A DNA stretch of 64,000 nt, taken from an uncultured Verrucomicrobiae bacterium. Its GTDB lineage: Bacteria > Verrucomicrobiota > Verrucomicrobiia > Chthoniobacterales > JAFAMB01. The DNA lies in assembly GCA_963813025.1 (NCBI GenBank), contig CAWEXO010000012.1:1-64000 (forward strand). The letters run 5' to 3'. How positions within the stretch are numbered: the stretch's first letter is position 1; each line of letters starts with the position of its first letter. The notes beneath the pieces were generated by a model. The model was not told where the DNA came from. It made no database searches and saw only the letters and a program-made list of their open reading frames with translations. Shown piece after piece: positions 1-10,169 of the stretch. Position numbers and translations under genes: made by a program.

Positions 1-830
1 ATCGCCTCGCTATTTCGCCAGACAGATTGGCTGGGGCGGTTTGATGGAAATGGTCAATGCCTTTTCTTACGTACAGACTTTCCCTGTATTTTATCGTAAA
101 CTTCCTATAGCGATCTTCGCCCTTTGGCAAGCGGCCGCCGAGCGCCTCGGCAATTTCGAAAATCATCTGCAGACCATCCAGGAATTTGTTGAATGAAAAG
201 GAGTCGAGTCATCGTATCTCGACGCGGCCACGGGTTTGAGGTGACACTCAATATCGCCGTTCAGTTGCCGGACGGGACACCGCTGCTCCGAAAAGTGACG
301 TCTCCGTGGCGTAAGCCAATAAGTCCATCGTCGGCCCCAGCGGAGCGGCAGAAGCACCCTGCTGCGAGCGATCGCCGGAATTTGGCAATTCGCGACCGGT
401 ACGTCAATCTGAGAAGGGGTGAGTTCTCTTTGTGCCGCAGCGTTCTTATATTCCACTCGGTACCTTGGCCGATGCGTTCGTTATCCGGTCGCGACTGCGC
501 GAGATTTGCCAAGAGCGCGGTTAGTCGAGGTCCTCGACGCGGTCGGTCTTGGAGCCCTCGCGGACGAGCTGGAAATCACCGACAACTCGGCCCGGCGCCT
601 GTCGCTCGGAGAGCAACAACGACTGGCGTTCGAGCCTGTCCTCCTCATCAAGCCAACGTTGCTCTTTTGGATGAAGCCACGTCTGCACTTGACGATCTGC
701 GCCGGAGGCCGATCTTTCTGCCGCCTGCTCCATCGGCCTGGCGCACCGTTACGTCAGCGTCGGTCACCGCAAAACTCTGGTCGAGTTCCGTGATCGAGCT
801 TGGATGTTGGGCGCTTTCAGGCATTGCCTG
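1..830 (+). pseudogene. Degraded 3' part of a YddA/SbmA-like fused ABC transporter (permease end plus ATPase); runs off the window start
   Basis: Fragments in shifting frames: SPRYFARQIGWGGLMEMVNAFSYVQ, ALWQAAAERLGNFE, NIAVQLPDGTPLL, LSLGEQQRLAF (ABC signature variant), LLDEATSALD (Walker B). Multiple frameshifts and stops, and no intact Walker A. Confidence 0.7.
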
Positions 831-954
831 ACGCTTTGCCAGGACTAGTTTCGTCTACCAGTGAACCGGCATGGGCGCTCGAAACGCGAACCGATAAATC
901 GATCCAAGTCCGCAACGGGCTGCGCCAGGTTTTCTCGGGAGGCTGATCGGCTCG

Positions 955-2246
955 TTGATCAAGGCACGAACGCAGGTGAGATCCGCCCGTCTGCCACCGT
1001 TGAGCGAAGATGAGCTCCTGCTGGAAATACAGCGGCGCGCGACTCTCTTTTTCTGGGAAAAAGCGCATCCCATAACCGGCTTAGTCAACGATCGGGCGAA
1101 CAATTTTGGGACGGATCGCTACACTATTTCTTCATGTGCGGCCACCGGCTTCGGATTGGCTGCGTTGCCGATTGGAATCGAACATGGATGGCTCGAACGG
1201 AAAGACGCACTCTACCGGGCGGAAACGACTCTGCGTTTTCTCCTTTCCATGCCGCAGGTCCACGGATGGATGCCTCATTTCATCACGAATGACCACGGCG
1301 CGCGCGTCAACGAAAGTGAATATTCCAGTATCGATACCGCCCTTCTGGTCCTGGGCGCCCTCGTGTGCGCACAATATTTTGCGGCCGACCCGACCGCGGC
1401 TGAGATCACCCTGCTCGAAAACGAACTCTACCAACGGCTCGATTGGCCATGGATCCTTACTAATAACCAAACCGAGCCGGCGAAAAGAATCGTCTCGCAC
1501 GGTTGGCGGCCGGAAACAGGCTTCCTTCCCTACAACTACGGTTCCTACAGCGAGGCGATCCTGCTGTACCTCCTAGGTTTAGGGGCGCCGCGAGATCCTT
1601 TGGCACCCGAAACCTGGGCCGCGATCGATCGTCCGCTGCAACACTACGGAGACTTGGAGTCATTGGCCGGAGGACCCATTTTTGTTCACCAGATGCCCCA
1701 GAGCTTTTTTCCACTGCAGAATCGCCGGGATGATCTGGGTTTTGATTACTGGGCGTCCTCGGCCCAGGCGATGCGAATCCATCGGCAGTTCTGTCGAGAT
1801 CATGCCGCCCAAAGCCGAACTTACGCCGCCGGTTTCTGGGGTTTGAATGCAAGCGACGGACCGGATGGCTACACAGCGTACGGCGCCCCGGACGGCCCCG
1901 CAGACGGAACTGTATCGCCGACGGGAGCGATCAGCTCAATCATGTTTTCTCCGGCGCTTGGGACGGCGGCAGCGCGGGATCTCTACGCAATCCTGGAGAC
2001 CGGCTCTGGGGCCGGTATGGATTTGCCAATGCCTGTAATCTCGATCGCGATTGGTACGATGTAGACGTCATCGGGATTGATCTGGGGATGGCGCTCCTCG
2101 CGATCGAGAACTACCGCAGCGGCCTGATCTGGTCATTGCTGAAGCAGGCGAAGCCGGTTCGCTCGGCGTTTCGAAGGACCCATCTCCGCCGGACCAGGGA
2201 ATCCGAGCCTCGCCCGGTGTTCAGGGCGCGGTTGAATTCTCTGTAG
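955..2246 (+). CDS. Glycoamylase/GH144-like (beta-1,2-glucanase-type) glycoside hydrolase, with one frameshift near 1990-2000
   Basis: Motifs FFWEKAHPITGLVNDRA, AATGFGLAAL, EYSSIDTALL, HGWRPETGF, YSEAILLYLLGLG, WGLNASDGPDGY. After ~1995 another frame continues DRLWGRYGFANACNLDRDWYDVDVIGIDLGMALLAIENYRSGLIW to TAG at 2246. Confidence 0.8.
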
Positions 2247-2288
2247 AACCTGGCGGTTTTGGAGTGCTCGGGCCGCTCATCCCCAGCT

Positions 2289-3755
2289 TCATTCTCCAAA
2301 ATTCCCCGCCTCGGCCTTCAATGCATCGGCCACTTTCTCTACCTTGATCAAATTGGTCTTGCCCGGAACGTTGTAAGGCGTTCCGGCGACAATGGTAATG
2401 ACATCCTCGGGATCGGTTTTGAGAGACTTCACCGCCGCTTCCGCGCTGAGGCGCACGAGCTGCGCCGTCTTCGACAACGGAGGAACCAGGTGCGGCTCCA
2501 CTCCCCAGGTAAGTGTAAGCCGCCGGCAGACTTCGCGTGAGGGGCACAGAGCGAGGATTGGCATCCGCGGCCGATGACAGGCCACACGTTTGGAGGTAGT
2601 TCCCGAAGTCGTCGCGGTGACGATGGCACATGCGGAAACCTCGCGGGCGATCATTTGCGCAGCCTGTCCGACCGCGGCGTCCAGATCGGGACTGTCCACT
2701 AAAGCCGGAGGCGCCGGGAGCTCTCCATTCATCCAGGCCGCTTCCGCCCGCGCCGCGATCGTCGCCATTGTCGCGACCGCTTCGCGCGGAAACTTTCCGA
2801 CCGCTGATTCGGCAGACAACATCACCGCGTCCGTTCCGTCGAGGATCGCGTTTGCCACATCGGCCGCTTCCGCCCTGGTCGGTTTATGGAAATTGGTCAT
2901 CGACTCCAACATCTGCGTCGCCGTGATAACGGGAACTCCAGCCTGCCGGCAGGCGGCGATGATCTGCTTCTGCGCGATGGGCACATCTTCAAAGCTCATC
3001 TCGAGAGCGAGATCGCCGCGCGCCACCATGACGCCGTAGCTGATCTTTACTATATTATGTATGTCTTCGAGCGCGTTCTTCCGCTCGATCTTGGCAATCA
3101 CCGGAATGTTCGCTCCTCTCTCCGCTAGCGCTTGTTTCAGGAACCGGACATCCGCCGCCGATTGCACAAAGGACAGCGCCAGAAAGTCGAGCCCCTGTTC
3201 CACCGCAAAATCGAGATCCTGATAATCCTTGCTCGTGAGGGAGGGCAAGGAAACTAAACGATTCTTCAGATTCATTCCCTTGTTGCTCGCCAGTTTGCCA
3301 CCACGCAGGATTTCGCAAACAACCTCACCGTTCGGCGCGAGCTCAGCTACTTGCAGCTCAAGATTCCCGTCGTCGAGGAGCAAAATCGTGCCATGCGCGA
3401 CATCGTTCGCCAAGCTCTTGAAACTGACAGAAACTTTCTCCGGAACGCCGATCACCTTCTCCGGCGTAAGCGTGATCTTATTCCCTTTGCTGAGTTCGAT
3501 CGCCCCGTTCTGCATTTCCCCCACCCGAATCCGCGGCCCGCGCAGGTCGCCCAGGATACCGATAACTACTCCCAGCTCGTCGGCCACCCGGCGTATCCGT
3601 GCGACCAGCGGTTTTGCCTGCTCGGCGGATCGGTGGGAAAAATTAAGCCGGGCAATATCCATACCCGCCTCGATGAGCCGCCGGAGCACCTCTTCGCTAT
3701 CGCTCGCCGGACCGATCGTCGCGACAATTTTGGTTCGTTTGGTCGGTCGTGGCAT
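2289..3755 (-). CDS. pyk: Pyruvate kinase
   Basis: RTKIVATIGPAS, ARLNFSH, IAKIE, GVMVARGDL, ITATQMLESM, PTRAEAADVANAILDGTDAVMLSAE. Start taken at ATG 3755. Confidence 0.97.
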   Translation of the reverse strand: MPRPTKRTKIVATIGPASDSEEVLRRLIEAGMDIARLNFSHRSAEQAKPLVARIRRVADELGVVIGILGDLRGPRIRVGEMQNGAIELSKGNKITLTPEKVIGVPEKVSVSFKSLANDVAHGTILLLDDGNLELQVAELAPNGEVVCEILRGGKLASNKGMNLKNRLVSLPSLTSKDYQDLDFAVEQGLDFLALSFVQSAADVRFLKQALAERGANIPVIAKIERKNALEDIHNIVKISYGVMVARGDLALEMSFEDVPIAQKQIIAACRQAGVPVITATQMLESMTNFHKPTRAEAADVANAILDGTDAVMLSAESAVGKFPREAVATMATIAARAEAAWMNGELPAPPALVDSPDLDAAVGQAAQMIAREVSACAIVTATTSGTTSKRVACHRPRMPILALCPSREVCRRLTLTWGVEPHLVPPLSKTAQLVRLSAEAAVKSLKTDPEDVITIVAGTPYNVPGKTNLIKVEKVADALKAEAGNFGE

Positions 3756-3785
3756 GAAAGCAAGATGCACGAGGAGATAGGCAAT

Positions 3786-3910
3786 ACCAATAGCCAATAG
3801 ACGATGGCCAATGGCCAATAACCCATGAACGATGGCCAATGAGCAATCACCGGTGTCCCGACCGCGCGCCGCGCCCAGTCATCGGTCATTGGCCATTGGC
3901 CATCGCCCAT
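3786..3910. repeat. Degenerate heptamer tandem repeats (ATGGCCA/TCATTGG type) in inverted arrangement
   Basis: gatggccaatggccaataacccatgaacgatggccaatgagcaat followed by gtcatcggtcattggccattggccatcgcccat. Confidence 0.7.
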
Positions 3911-5025
3911 CAGCCGAGCCGGCGCCGGAAAAGGATGGTCGCCCCACTGAGCGTAACGACAGCGATCGCCAGCATCGGCCAGACATTCTGCAGGACGACG
4001 GCCGCAGGCACGTCTTTCAGAAAGATGCCCTTCACGATCACCATAATGTATCGGAGTGGATTCAGGTAAGTCAGCGGCTGCAGCCAGCCTGGCATGTTTT
4101 CAATCGGGCTGGTGTATCCCGACATGAGCAGAGCTGGGAAAAGAATCAGCATGGTGCCGAGCAGCGCTTGCTGCTGGGTTGCGCAAATTGCCGATATGAG
4201 AAGTCCGACTCCCACGACCGCGCAAACAAAGACAATCAAGGAGAGATAAAGCAAGCCGATCGACCCGTGAAAAGGAATTCGAAAGATTAAAATAGCACAG
4301 ACGACAAAGATACTGGCCTCGGTTAAAGCCAGGAAAAAAGCCGGCAACATCTTGCCGATCATGATTTCGGTCGGAGTCAATGGCGAAACGAGCAGTTGAT
4401 CAAAAGTCCCCATTTCGCGTTCACGGGGTACCGACATCGTCGTGACATTCATGGACACCTGGAGCGTGATGAGCACGACCAGGCTCGGGACTGTGAACCA
4501 GAGATACTCGAGGTTTGGATTAAACCAGTTGATCGGCACCACGGAGACCGCCGAAGCATTGGCGGCTGAGGGCTCGGAACCACTTTCGTCGCTGGCAAAC
4601 TGGGTAACAATCGTGGAAACATAGCCCTGGGCGATTTGCGCCGGGGATGACTTTCGGCCGTCCAACACGACTTGCACCACGGGACTGTCGTTGCGAACAA
4701 AACGACGCGAGAAATCGAGCGGAACGGTCACTCCGAGGATAACCTTCTGACGATCCAGCAAGTCGCGCAGCTCGCCGGGCGACGAAACGAAAAAGACGTG
4801 AGTGAAATTGGGAGAAGCGGAGAGCCGCTGAACCAGCTCGGAAGCCGGCTGTCCGTAGTCCTGATTCAAAATCGCTACGCGAATGTTTTTGAGGTCTTGC
4901 GTGCCCGTGAAGGAGAATAGGAAAAGCTGGAGCAACGGCGGCGCGATCAAGGCAACGCGATTACGCGGATCGCGCAAGACCACCAGGATCTCTTTTTTTA
5001 CGAGTGTTTTAATTCGGTTCCACAT
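3910..5025 (-). CDS. ybhR: ABC-2 type transporter permease (YbhR-like)
   Basis: REREMGTFDQLLVSPLTPTEIMIGK, SPIENMPGWLQ, NPLRY; last gene of a ybhGFSR-type operon. Confidence 0.88.
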   Translation of the reverse strand: MWNRIKTLVKKEILVVLRDPRNRVALIAPPLLQLFLFSFTGTQDLKNIRVAILNQDYGQPASELVQRLSASPNFTHVFFVSSPGELRDLLDRQKVILGVTVPLDFSRRFVRNDSPVVQVVLDGRKSSPAQIAQGYVSTIVTQFASDESGSEPSAANASAVSVVPINWFNPNLEYLWFTVPSLVVLITLQVSMNVTTMSVPREREMGTFDQLLVSPLTPTEIMIGKMLPAFFLALTEASIFVVCAILIFRIPFHGSIGLLYLSLIVFVCAVVGVGLLISAICATQQQALLGTMLILFPALLMSGYTSPIENMPGWLQPLTYLNPLRYIMVIVKGIFLKDVPAAVVLQNVWPMLAIAVVTLSGATILFRRRLG

Positions 5026-5076
5026 TGGTCATCGCTCATCAGTCATCAGCATCGGCTACCGGTCATTGGTCATCAG

Positions 5077-6225
5077 TCATGCTAATCGCTTGTGTGTTAC
5101 GCGCGCATTGAGAATGAACATGACGGCGGCAAAGAGGGCCAGAATCGCCCCGTTTGTTAGCAGAATCGGTCGGATATCCCCGGCCAGAAAAATCGTCTGT
5201 AACCCCTGCACAAAATAACGCGCCGGGAACAGATAGGTCAGCAGCTGAATCAGACGCGGCATACTCGAGATTTCGAAGATGAATCCGGACAACTGCAAGG
5301 CTGGCAGAAAACCAAGGACCATCGAAAATTGACCGGCAACGAATTGACTCTTTGCCAGAGTCGAGACCAGCAAACCGATTCCCAGGCAGGTAAAGAGAAA
5401 GAGTGAAGAAAAAAGAAACAGCGCGATGAAGGATCCACGAAATGGCGTTTGGAATATCAGCACCGCGGCAAGCGTGCAGAAAAACATTGAACCCATCCCC
5501 AGACAAAAATAGGGAAGCAGTTTGCCCAGCACGATTTCCTGAATGCGCACCGGCGTCGCCATAAGCGCTTCCATCGTACCCCGCTCCCACTCCCTCGCCA
5601 CGACCATCGCGGTGAGCAGCGTGCCAATCATGGTGATGATGATGGCGATCGATCCTGGCACCAGATAGTTCTTACTCTCCAGCGATGGGTTGAACCACAT
5701 GCGGGTCTCCAGATCGACCGTGGCCGGAACAGCCGTACCCGTCTCCAGAGCCCACTGCTGGAGCCAGGAAGCGACCACTGCCTGGCTGTAGTTTTGCACA
5801 AAATTCGCCGTCGTCGGCTCGCTACCGTCAGCAATGATCTGGACCGCCGGTTCACCGGTATCGCTCGCTCGCTGGCGGGAGAAATCCATGGGAATGACGA
5901 TTACTCCGCGGATGCGCCCAGCCACGAGCTGGTCGATCAGTTGTTGCCGGGAGGAGCCGACCTGAACGATGAAGTACCTGGAACCACGAAAAGCGGACAC
6001 GAGACTCTCCGCCTCCGGCGTCCGATTCTCCATGACCAGCCCCACTCTCATTTTCGTGGAATCAAGCGAAACCGCGTAGCCAAAGAGGAACAGCAGGATC
6101 ACCGGCAGGACAAAGGCGATCAGGATGCTGCTGGGGTCGGTGACGATCTGGATTGCTTCTTTCCAGATAAGCGATCGCACTCGGCGGAGACTGAAAGCAA
6201 GGAACTTCTTCTCGGACATACTCAA
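5077..6225 (-). CDS. ybhS: ABC-2 type transporter permease (YbhS-like)
   Basis: DPSSILIAFVLPVILLFLFGY, VAREWERGTMEALMATP, SGFIFEISSMP, PARYFV. Confidence 0.88.
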   Translation of the reverse strand: MSMSEKKFLAFSLRRVRSLIWKEAIQIVTDPSSILIAFVLPVILLFLFGYAVSLDSTKMRVGLVMENRTPEAESLVSAFRGSRYFIVQVGSSRQQLIDQLVAGRIRGVIVIPMDFSRQRASDTGEPAVQIIADGSEPTTANFVQNYSQAVVASWLQQWALETGTAVPATVDLETRMWFNPSLESKNYLVPGSIAIIITMIGTLLTAMVVAREWERGTMEALMATPVRIQEIVLGKLLPYFCLGMGSMFFCTLAAVLIFQTPFRGSFIALFLFSSLFLFTCLGIGLLVSTLAKSQFVAGQFSMVLGFLPALQLSGFIFEISSMPRLIQLLTYLFPARYFVQGLQTIFLAGDIRPILLTNGAILALFAAVMFILNARVTHKRLA

Positions 6226-7979
6226 ACGCCTTCCCCTGCCTCTTGATCGGACCGCCGCACCAAAGCGATGAAAGCATCTTCCATGGTGGGGTCGGTATTA
6301 TCGGCCGATCGCGCTTGTTCCCGAAGCTCATCCGGCGATCCGTGCGCGATCATTCTGCCGCGAAAAATCAAGGCTACCCGGTCACAATATTCGGCTTCAT
6401 CCATGAAGTGAGTCGTGACCATGACCGTTCGTCCCTTGTCCACCAAGGCGTTAATGTGCGTCCAGAACTCGCGGCGGGTAATCGGGTCAACTCCCGAAGT
6501 TGGCTCGTCCAGAAACAAGACATCCGGGGAGTGCATCAGCGCGCAGGCCATGGCCAGCCGCTGTTTATAACCCAATGGAAGCTGCCCAGATGGCAAATCG
6601 ACCAGCTCGCGGAAACCGAAAACCGAGATCATCGTGTCCATTGCTTCTTTCCGCCGCGCGCCGCTCAGGCCATAAAGCCCGGAAAAAAACTCGAGGTTTT
6701 GCCTGGCGGTGAGATCCGAATACAGGGAAAATTTTTGCGCCATATAGCCGATCCGGCTGCGCGCTTTACTGGCGGCGTGAGCCAGATCGTATCCAGCAAC
6801 TTTAGCAGTCCCGCTGGTTGGGCGGAGCAGCCCGCAAAGCATTTTGAAGGTCGTTGATTTGCCAGCGCCATTCGGACCTAGAAGCCCGAAGATCTCGCCT
6901 CGCGCGACCGAGAAACTCACTCGGTCGGTTGCCGTGAAATTGCCAAAGCGCTTCGTCAAATCCTTTGCCTCAATGACCGCTCTCACATCCGCTGGTAACG
7001 GCGGCAAAACCTTTGCCACCGCGGATTCGCCTTTGGACACGCCGCCTAATGCGTCGATGAACGCGTCCTCAAAACGGGGCTTAACCGGCCGAAGTTCTGC
7101 CTCCGGGGCGCCGATCGTCGCTGCCTGGAAATCCTGGGGTGCATCCTTGAAAACGAGGCGGAGACTATCTCCCTGGACAACTCCGTCAAGGACGTCACTG
7201 CGTTGCAACGCCTGAGCCAGAACCCGCCGGCGATTCCGCGGCACATCGATCAAAAAGGTCCGATGATCTACCCGCGCCGTCAGTTTGTCCGGTTTACCGC
7301 CGAAGATCTTCTTTCCTTCATGGAACAAAAGGACTTCGTCGCAGTTTTGCGCTTCGTCCAGATATGCCGTGCTCCAGAGTACTCCGATCCCTTGCTGAAC
7401 GAGCTCCTGGACCATTGACCAGAGATCGCGCCGAGAGATCGGATCGACCCCAACTCCGGGTTCGTCGAGGAGTAGCAGCCGGGGTGTGCTGAGAAGTGCA
7501 CAAGCCAAACCCAGTTTTTGTTTCATCCCGCCGGAAAGTGCTCCGGCCTTGCGCGATTCGAACCGCTGTAAATCGGTAAATTTCAGAAGCCGCTCAAACA
7601 TCGATTGCCGCTCCTCACCGGTGATGGCCCGAAGATCCGCATAGAGATTCAGATTCTGCCGGACGGAGAGATCCTCATACAGACCAAAGCGCTGCGGCAT
7701 ATAGCCGCACTCATCGTGGATGTTTTCCGCTTCACGTGCTGGATCGTGTCCCAGGACAGTCAATTCGCCCTGGGTTGAGAGCAGCAGACCGGCCATGAGG
7801 CGGATGAGCGTTGTCTTACCCGCGCCATCGGGTCCGACAATTCCGGTGATCCTGCCTCCGTAAACATCTCCATCGACTTTGTCCAGAGCGGGCCGGCCGT
7901 TTGGAGAGAAGCGTTTCACCAGGCCGCGAAAACGCACCAGCGGCTGCTCATCAGTTGGGAATTGGTCTGGCTTCATCAT
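6222..7979 (-). CDS. ybhF: ABC transporter ATP-binding protein with two NBDs (YbhF-like)
   Basis: Two Walker A motifs (GPDGAGKT, GPNGAGKS), signatures LSGGMKQ and LPLGYKQ, Walker B LLLDEP and LFLDEP. Confidence 0.92.
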   Translation of the reverse strand: MMKPDQFPTDEQPLVRFRGLVKRFSPNGRPALDKVDGDVYGGRITGIVGPDGAGKTTLIRLMAGLLLSTQGELTVLGHDPAREAENIHDECGYMPQRFGLYEDLSVRQNLNLYADLRAITGEERQSMFERLLKFTDLQRFESRKAGALSGGMKQKLGLACALLSTPRLLLLDEPGVGVDPISRRDLWSMVQELVQQGIGVLWSTAYLDEAQNCDEVLLFHEGKKIFGGKPDKLTARVDHRTFLIDVPRNRRRVLAQALQRSDVLDGVVQGDSLRLVFKDAPQDFQAATIGAPEAELRPVKPRFEDAFIDALGGVSKGESAVAKVLPPLPADVRAVIEAKDLTKRFGNFTATDRVSFSVARGEIFGLLGPNGAGKSTTFKMLCGLLRPTSGTAKVAGYDLAHAASKARSRIGYMAQKFSLYSDLTARQNLEFFSGLYGLSGARRKEAMDTMISVFGFRELVDLPSGQLPLGYKQRLAMACALMHSPDVLFLDEPTSGVDPITRREFWTHINALVDKGRTVMVTTHFMDEAEYCDRVALIFRGRMIAHGSPDELREQARSADNTDPTMEDAFIALVRRSDQEAGEGV

Positions 7980-8970
7980 GACCAGGTGAATCGATCAGAC
8001 GTACGGTGACCGGCATGCCCTGCCGGAGGTAACGATCCGGGTTGGTGACAATCACCCGTAACCGGAAAACGAGATCAGTGCGAAGCTCGCGGGTCTGGAC
8101 GGTTTTTGGAGTGAACTCGGCGACCGGCGAGATAAATCCGATCTGAGCCGGGTAAGGCTTTTTCGGATTTGTGTCGGTGAAAACGAGGGCTCTCATCCCA
8201 GGGTAAATGCGACCGAGATCCGGCGCATCGATATACGTTCGAATCCAGATTGGCTCATTCAGAGCCAGGACATAGGCGGTGGTACCGGCGCTGACGATCG
8301 TGCCTGGTTCGACCGCCCGGGTGATTGCGACACCGTCGGAGGGCGCGACCAATTGGCAGTCCGCCAGATTTCGTTCGGCATTCTGCAACGCCGCCCGGGC
8401 ATTCTCCATCAGAGCCCGCGCGGCATCGATATCCTCCTTGCGATTTCCGGCCAGCTCGAGTGCGAGATTTGCTTCGGCTGCCTTAAGTTGCGCGTTGTTC
8501 GTGTCGCGCTGAGCGAGGGCGTTATCGAGTTCTTGCTTGGAGATAACCTTGGTCTGCGCGAGAGCATTTTGTCGCGCAAAAGTTTGGTCTGCATTGTCGA
8601 CATTTGCTTTGGCCAGGGCCACCTGTGCCCGCGCTTGTCGAATTTCCTCCGGCCGAAAGCCATTGACCATTTTCTGGAAATTGGCCTCGGCCTGCTGAAA
8701 CTGCGCTCGGGCAATATTGACCTGATCCTGATTTGGGCCGGGATCAAGGGTGGCGATCAAGTCGCCGGAGTGCACAACGTCCCCTTCCTCCCGGAGCATG
8801 GTTGCCACGCGCCCGCCCACGCGAAAGGCGAGCTTGACTTGGCGGATATCGACGTTGCCATAAATCTGGAGTCCGCGATCAGTCTTTCGATAAAACCATT
8901 GGTAGGCGAACCAACCGGCCCCGGCCAAAAGAAGCAATACGGGAAGAACGATCAGTAGACGCTTTTTCAT
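7951..8970 (-). CDS. ybhG: HlyD-family periplasmic adaptor (YbhG-like)
   Basis: N-terminal TM, YGNVDIRQVKLAFRVGGR, coiled coil, GFISPVAEFTPKTVQT, LRQGMPVTV. Confidence 0.9.
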   Translation of the reverse strand: MKKRLLIVLPVLLLLAGAGWFAYQWFYRKTDRGLQIYGNVDIRQVKLAFRVGGRVATMLREEGDVVHSGDLIATLDPGPNQDQVNIARAQFQQAEANFQKMVNGFRPEEIRQARAQVALAKANVDNADQTFARQNALAQTKVISKQELDNALAQRDTNNAQLKAAEANLALELAGNRKEDIDAARALMENARAALQNAERNLADCQLVAPSDGVAITRAVEPGTIVSAGTTAYVLALNEPIWIRTYIDAPDLGRIYPGMRALVFTDTNPKKPYPAQIGFISPVAEFTPKTVQTRELRTDLVFRLRVIVTNPDRYLRQGMPVTVRLIDSPGHDEARPIPN

Positions 8971-9626
8971 TGGTCTTCTGTGATTTCGCTGGCCAGCAGA
9001 TCCAGTTGCTGGGCCAGCGCTTCTTTGATCAAAGCGACCTCAGCCGCGGAATACACTTCCAACGATAAGCGGCGCCTGATCGTCTCCTGGCCGGAAAGGA
9101 AAATCAGAACCTGACCGACCAGCATGTGGGCACGAAGAATGACTTTCGGATCCGTGGTTGATAATCCCAGGATGTTCGCTAAAAGGGTCGAGACAGTCTC
9201 GTGGACTCGACGAATGGCGCGTTCATAGAGCAAATTAAAAGCAGCCGTCGGCTGCATCTGTTCGCGCATGAGAATCCGGGCCCACGTACTGTGCGCGCCC
9301 TGGGTAAGCACCGTCTCAAGCAGCACAAAGAGCAACCGTTTCAACAACGCGAGAGCCGTTTCCTTCCCCGGGATACCGACGGCCAGCTGCTTTTGCACTT
9401 CGATGACCGTCGGGCGGACAAGCTCGAATTTGGTATGGAGAAGCTCCTCGATCACTGCCTCGTACAGCCCCTCTTTGCCGCCGAAATAGTAGCCGATGGC
9501 CGCTTGGTTGACACCGGCGCGCTGCGCAATCTGGCGAGTGGTTGCGCCTTCAAGGTTGAGCGATCCGAAGACATCACGCCCGGCCTCGAGGAGCCGCTGT
9601 CGAGCATCGCGGGGGATACGATCCAT
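8967..9626 (-). CDS. cecR: TetR-family regulator with CecR/YbiH-like C-terminal domain
   Basis: HTH GATTRQIAQRAGVNQAAIGYYFGGKEGLY; ILMREQMQPTAAF; heads the ybhGFSR-like operon. Start taken at ATG 9626. Confidence 0.8.
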   Translation of the reverse strand: MDRIPRDARQRLLEAGRDVFGSLNLEGATTRQIAQRAGVNQAAIGYYFGGKEGLYEAVIEELLHTKFELVRPTVIEVQKQLAVGIPGKETALALLKRLLFVLLETVLTQGAHSTWARILMREQMQPTAAFNLLYERAIRRVHETVSTLLANILGLSTTDPKVILRAHMLVGQVLIFLSGQETIRRRLSLEVYSAAEVALIKEALAQQLDLLASEITEDQ

Positions 9627-9637
9627 AAGGAGAAGGC

Positions 9638-9669
9638 TAATCAATCATTTGATTAAGTCAAATGATTGA
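9638..9669. promoter_or_regulatory. Palindromic operator, probably the TetR/CecR autoregulatory site
   Basis: Perfect 12-bp inverted repeat TCAATCATTTGA-ttaag-TCAAATGATTGA (9641-9669), overlapping a second palindrome TAATCAA-tcat-TTGATTA (9638-9655), just upstream of the TetR start. Confidence 0.75.
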
Positions 9670-9705
9670 ATGTCGCTGACGGTGTTCGACAGCCGCGCGT
9701 GTTAT

Positions 9706-10010
9706 GTAGCGCAGACGTTCCCCTGCGCCGGTAGGGCTCGAATAAAGAGGTTGTCTCGCAACAACCCAATATCGGTCGGGGCAAGCTCCTGCCTGACCTG
9801 CTTGTGCTGCGCTGCCAGACCGGGATTCCGGACGAGGTCGTCCGCACTACCGCACAACGCTTGAGAGACCTGTCCCCAACGACGCCCTACCGCATAACGC
9901 TTGAGAGACCTGTCCCAAACGACGCCGTGCACCCCCCGATTGCGCCGGGCCGGGATTGCCGACGAGGCCGTCGGCGCTACCCATAACGAATGAGAGACCT
10001 GTCCCAAATC
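9706..10010. repeat. Cluster of GTAG-type REP palindromes with a MITE-like TIR and a 40-bp tandem duplication
   Basis: AGAGGTTGTCTCGCAAC at 9746-9762. REP-like cggacgaggtcgtccgcactac and cgacgaggccgtcggcgctac. Near-identical 40-mers at 9847-9886 and 9887-9926, and a third TGAGAGACCTGTCCC near 9991. Confidence 0.75.
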
Positions 10011-10169
10011 GCGATGCGACGATTTGGAGCAAGCAGCTCGTGACAAGCACGTTCACAAAATGTTTGAAATTTCTTAAAAAAAATCTCGACAGCCTTGATC
10101 CCGATCAGCTAGGACTCGCATTGCCCTTCACCTAAACCCCATTCAAAAGGAGTAGAAAAGAACATCACA

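Noticed and set aside
1985..2005. Programmed frameshift in the glycoside hydrolase (likewise malK and LysR)
   Set aside because: No slippery heptamer or stimulatory structure is evident; an indel error or mutation is the simpler explanation.
3756..3839. N-terminal extension of pyruvate kinase (MAIVHGLLAIGH...)
   Set aside because: It is a translation of the heptamer repeat patch; ATG 3755 matches the normal Pyk start.
9847..10010. Three TGAGAGACCTGTCCC-containing repeats as a possible mini-CRISPR array
   Set aside because: The first two units are a direct tandem duplication with no unique spacer, spacing is irregular, no cas genes are present, and the motif belongs to the REP/MITE family seen elsewhere.
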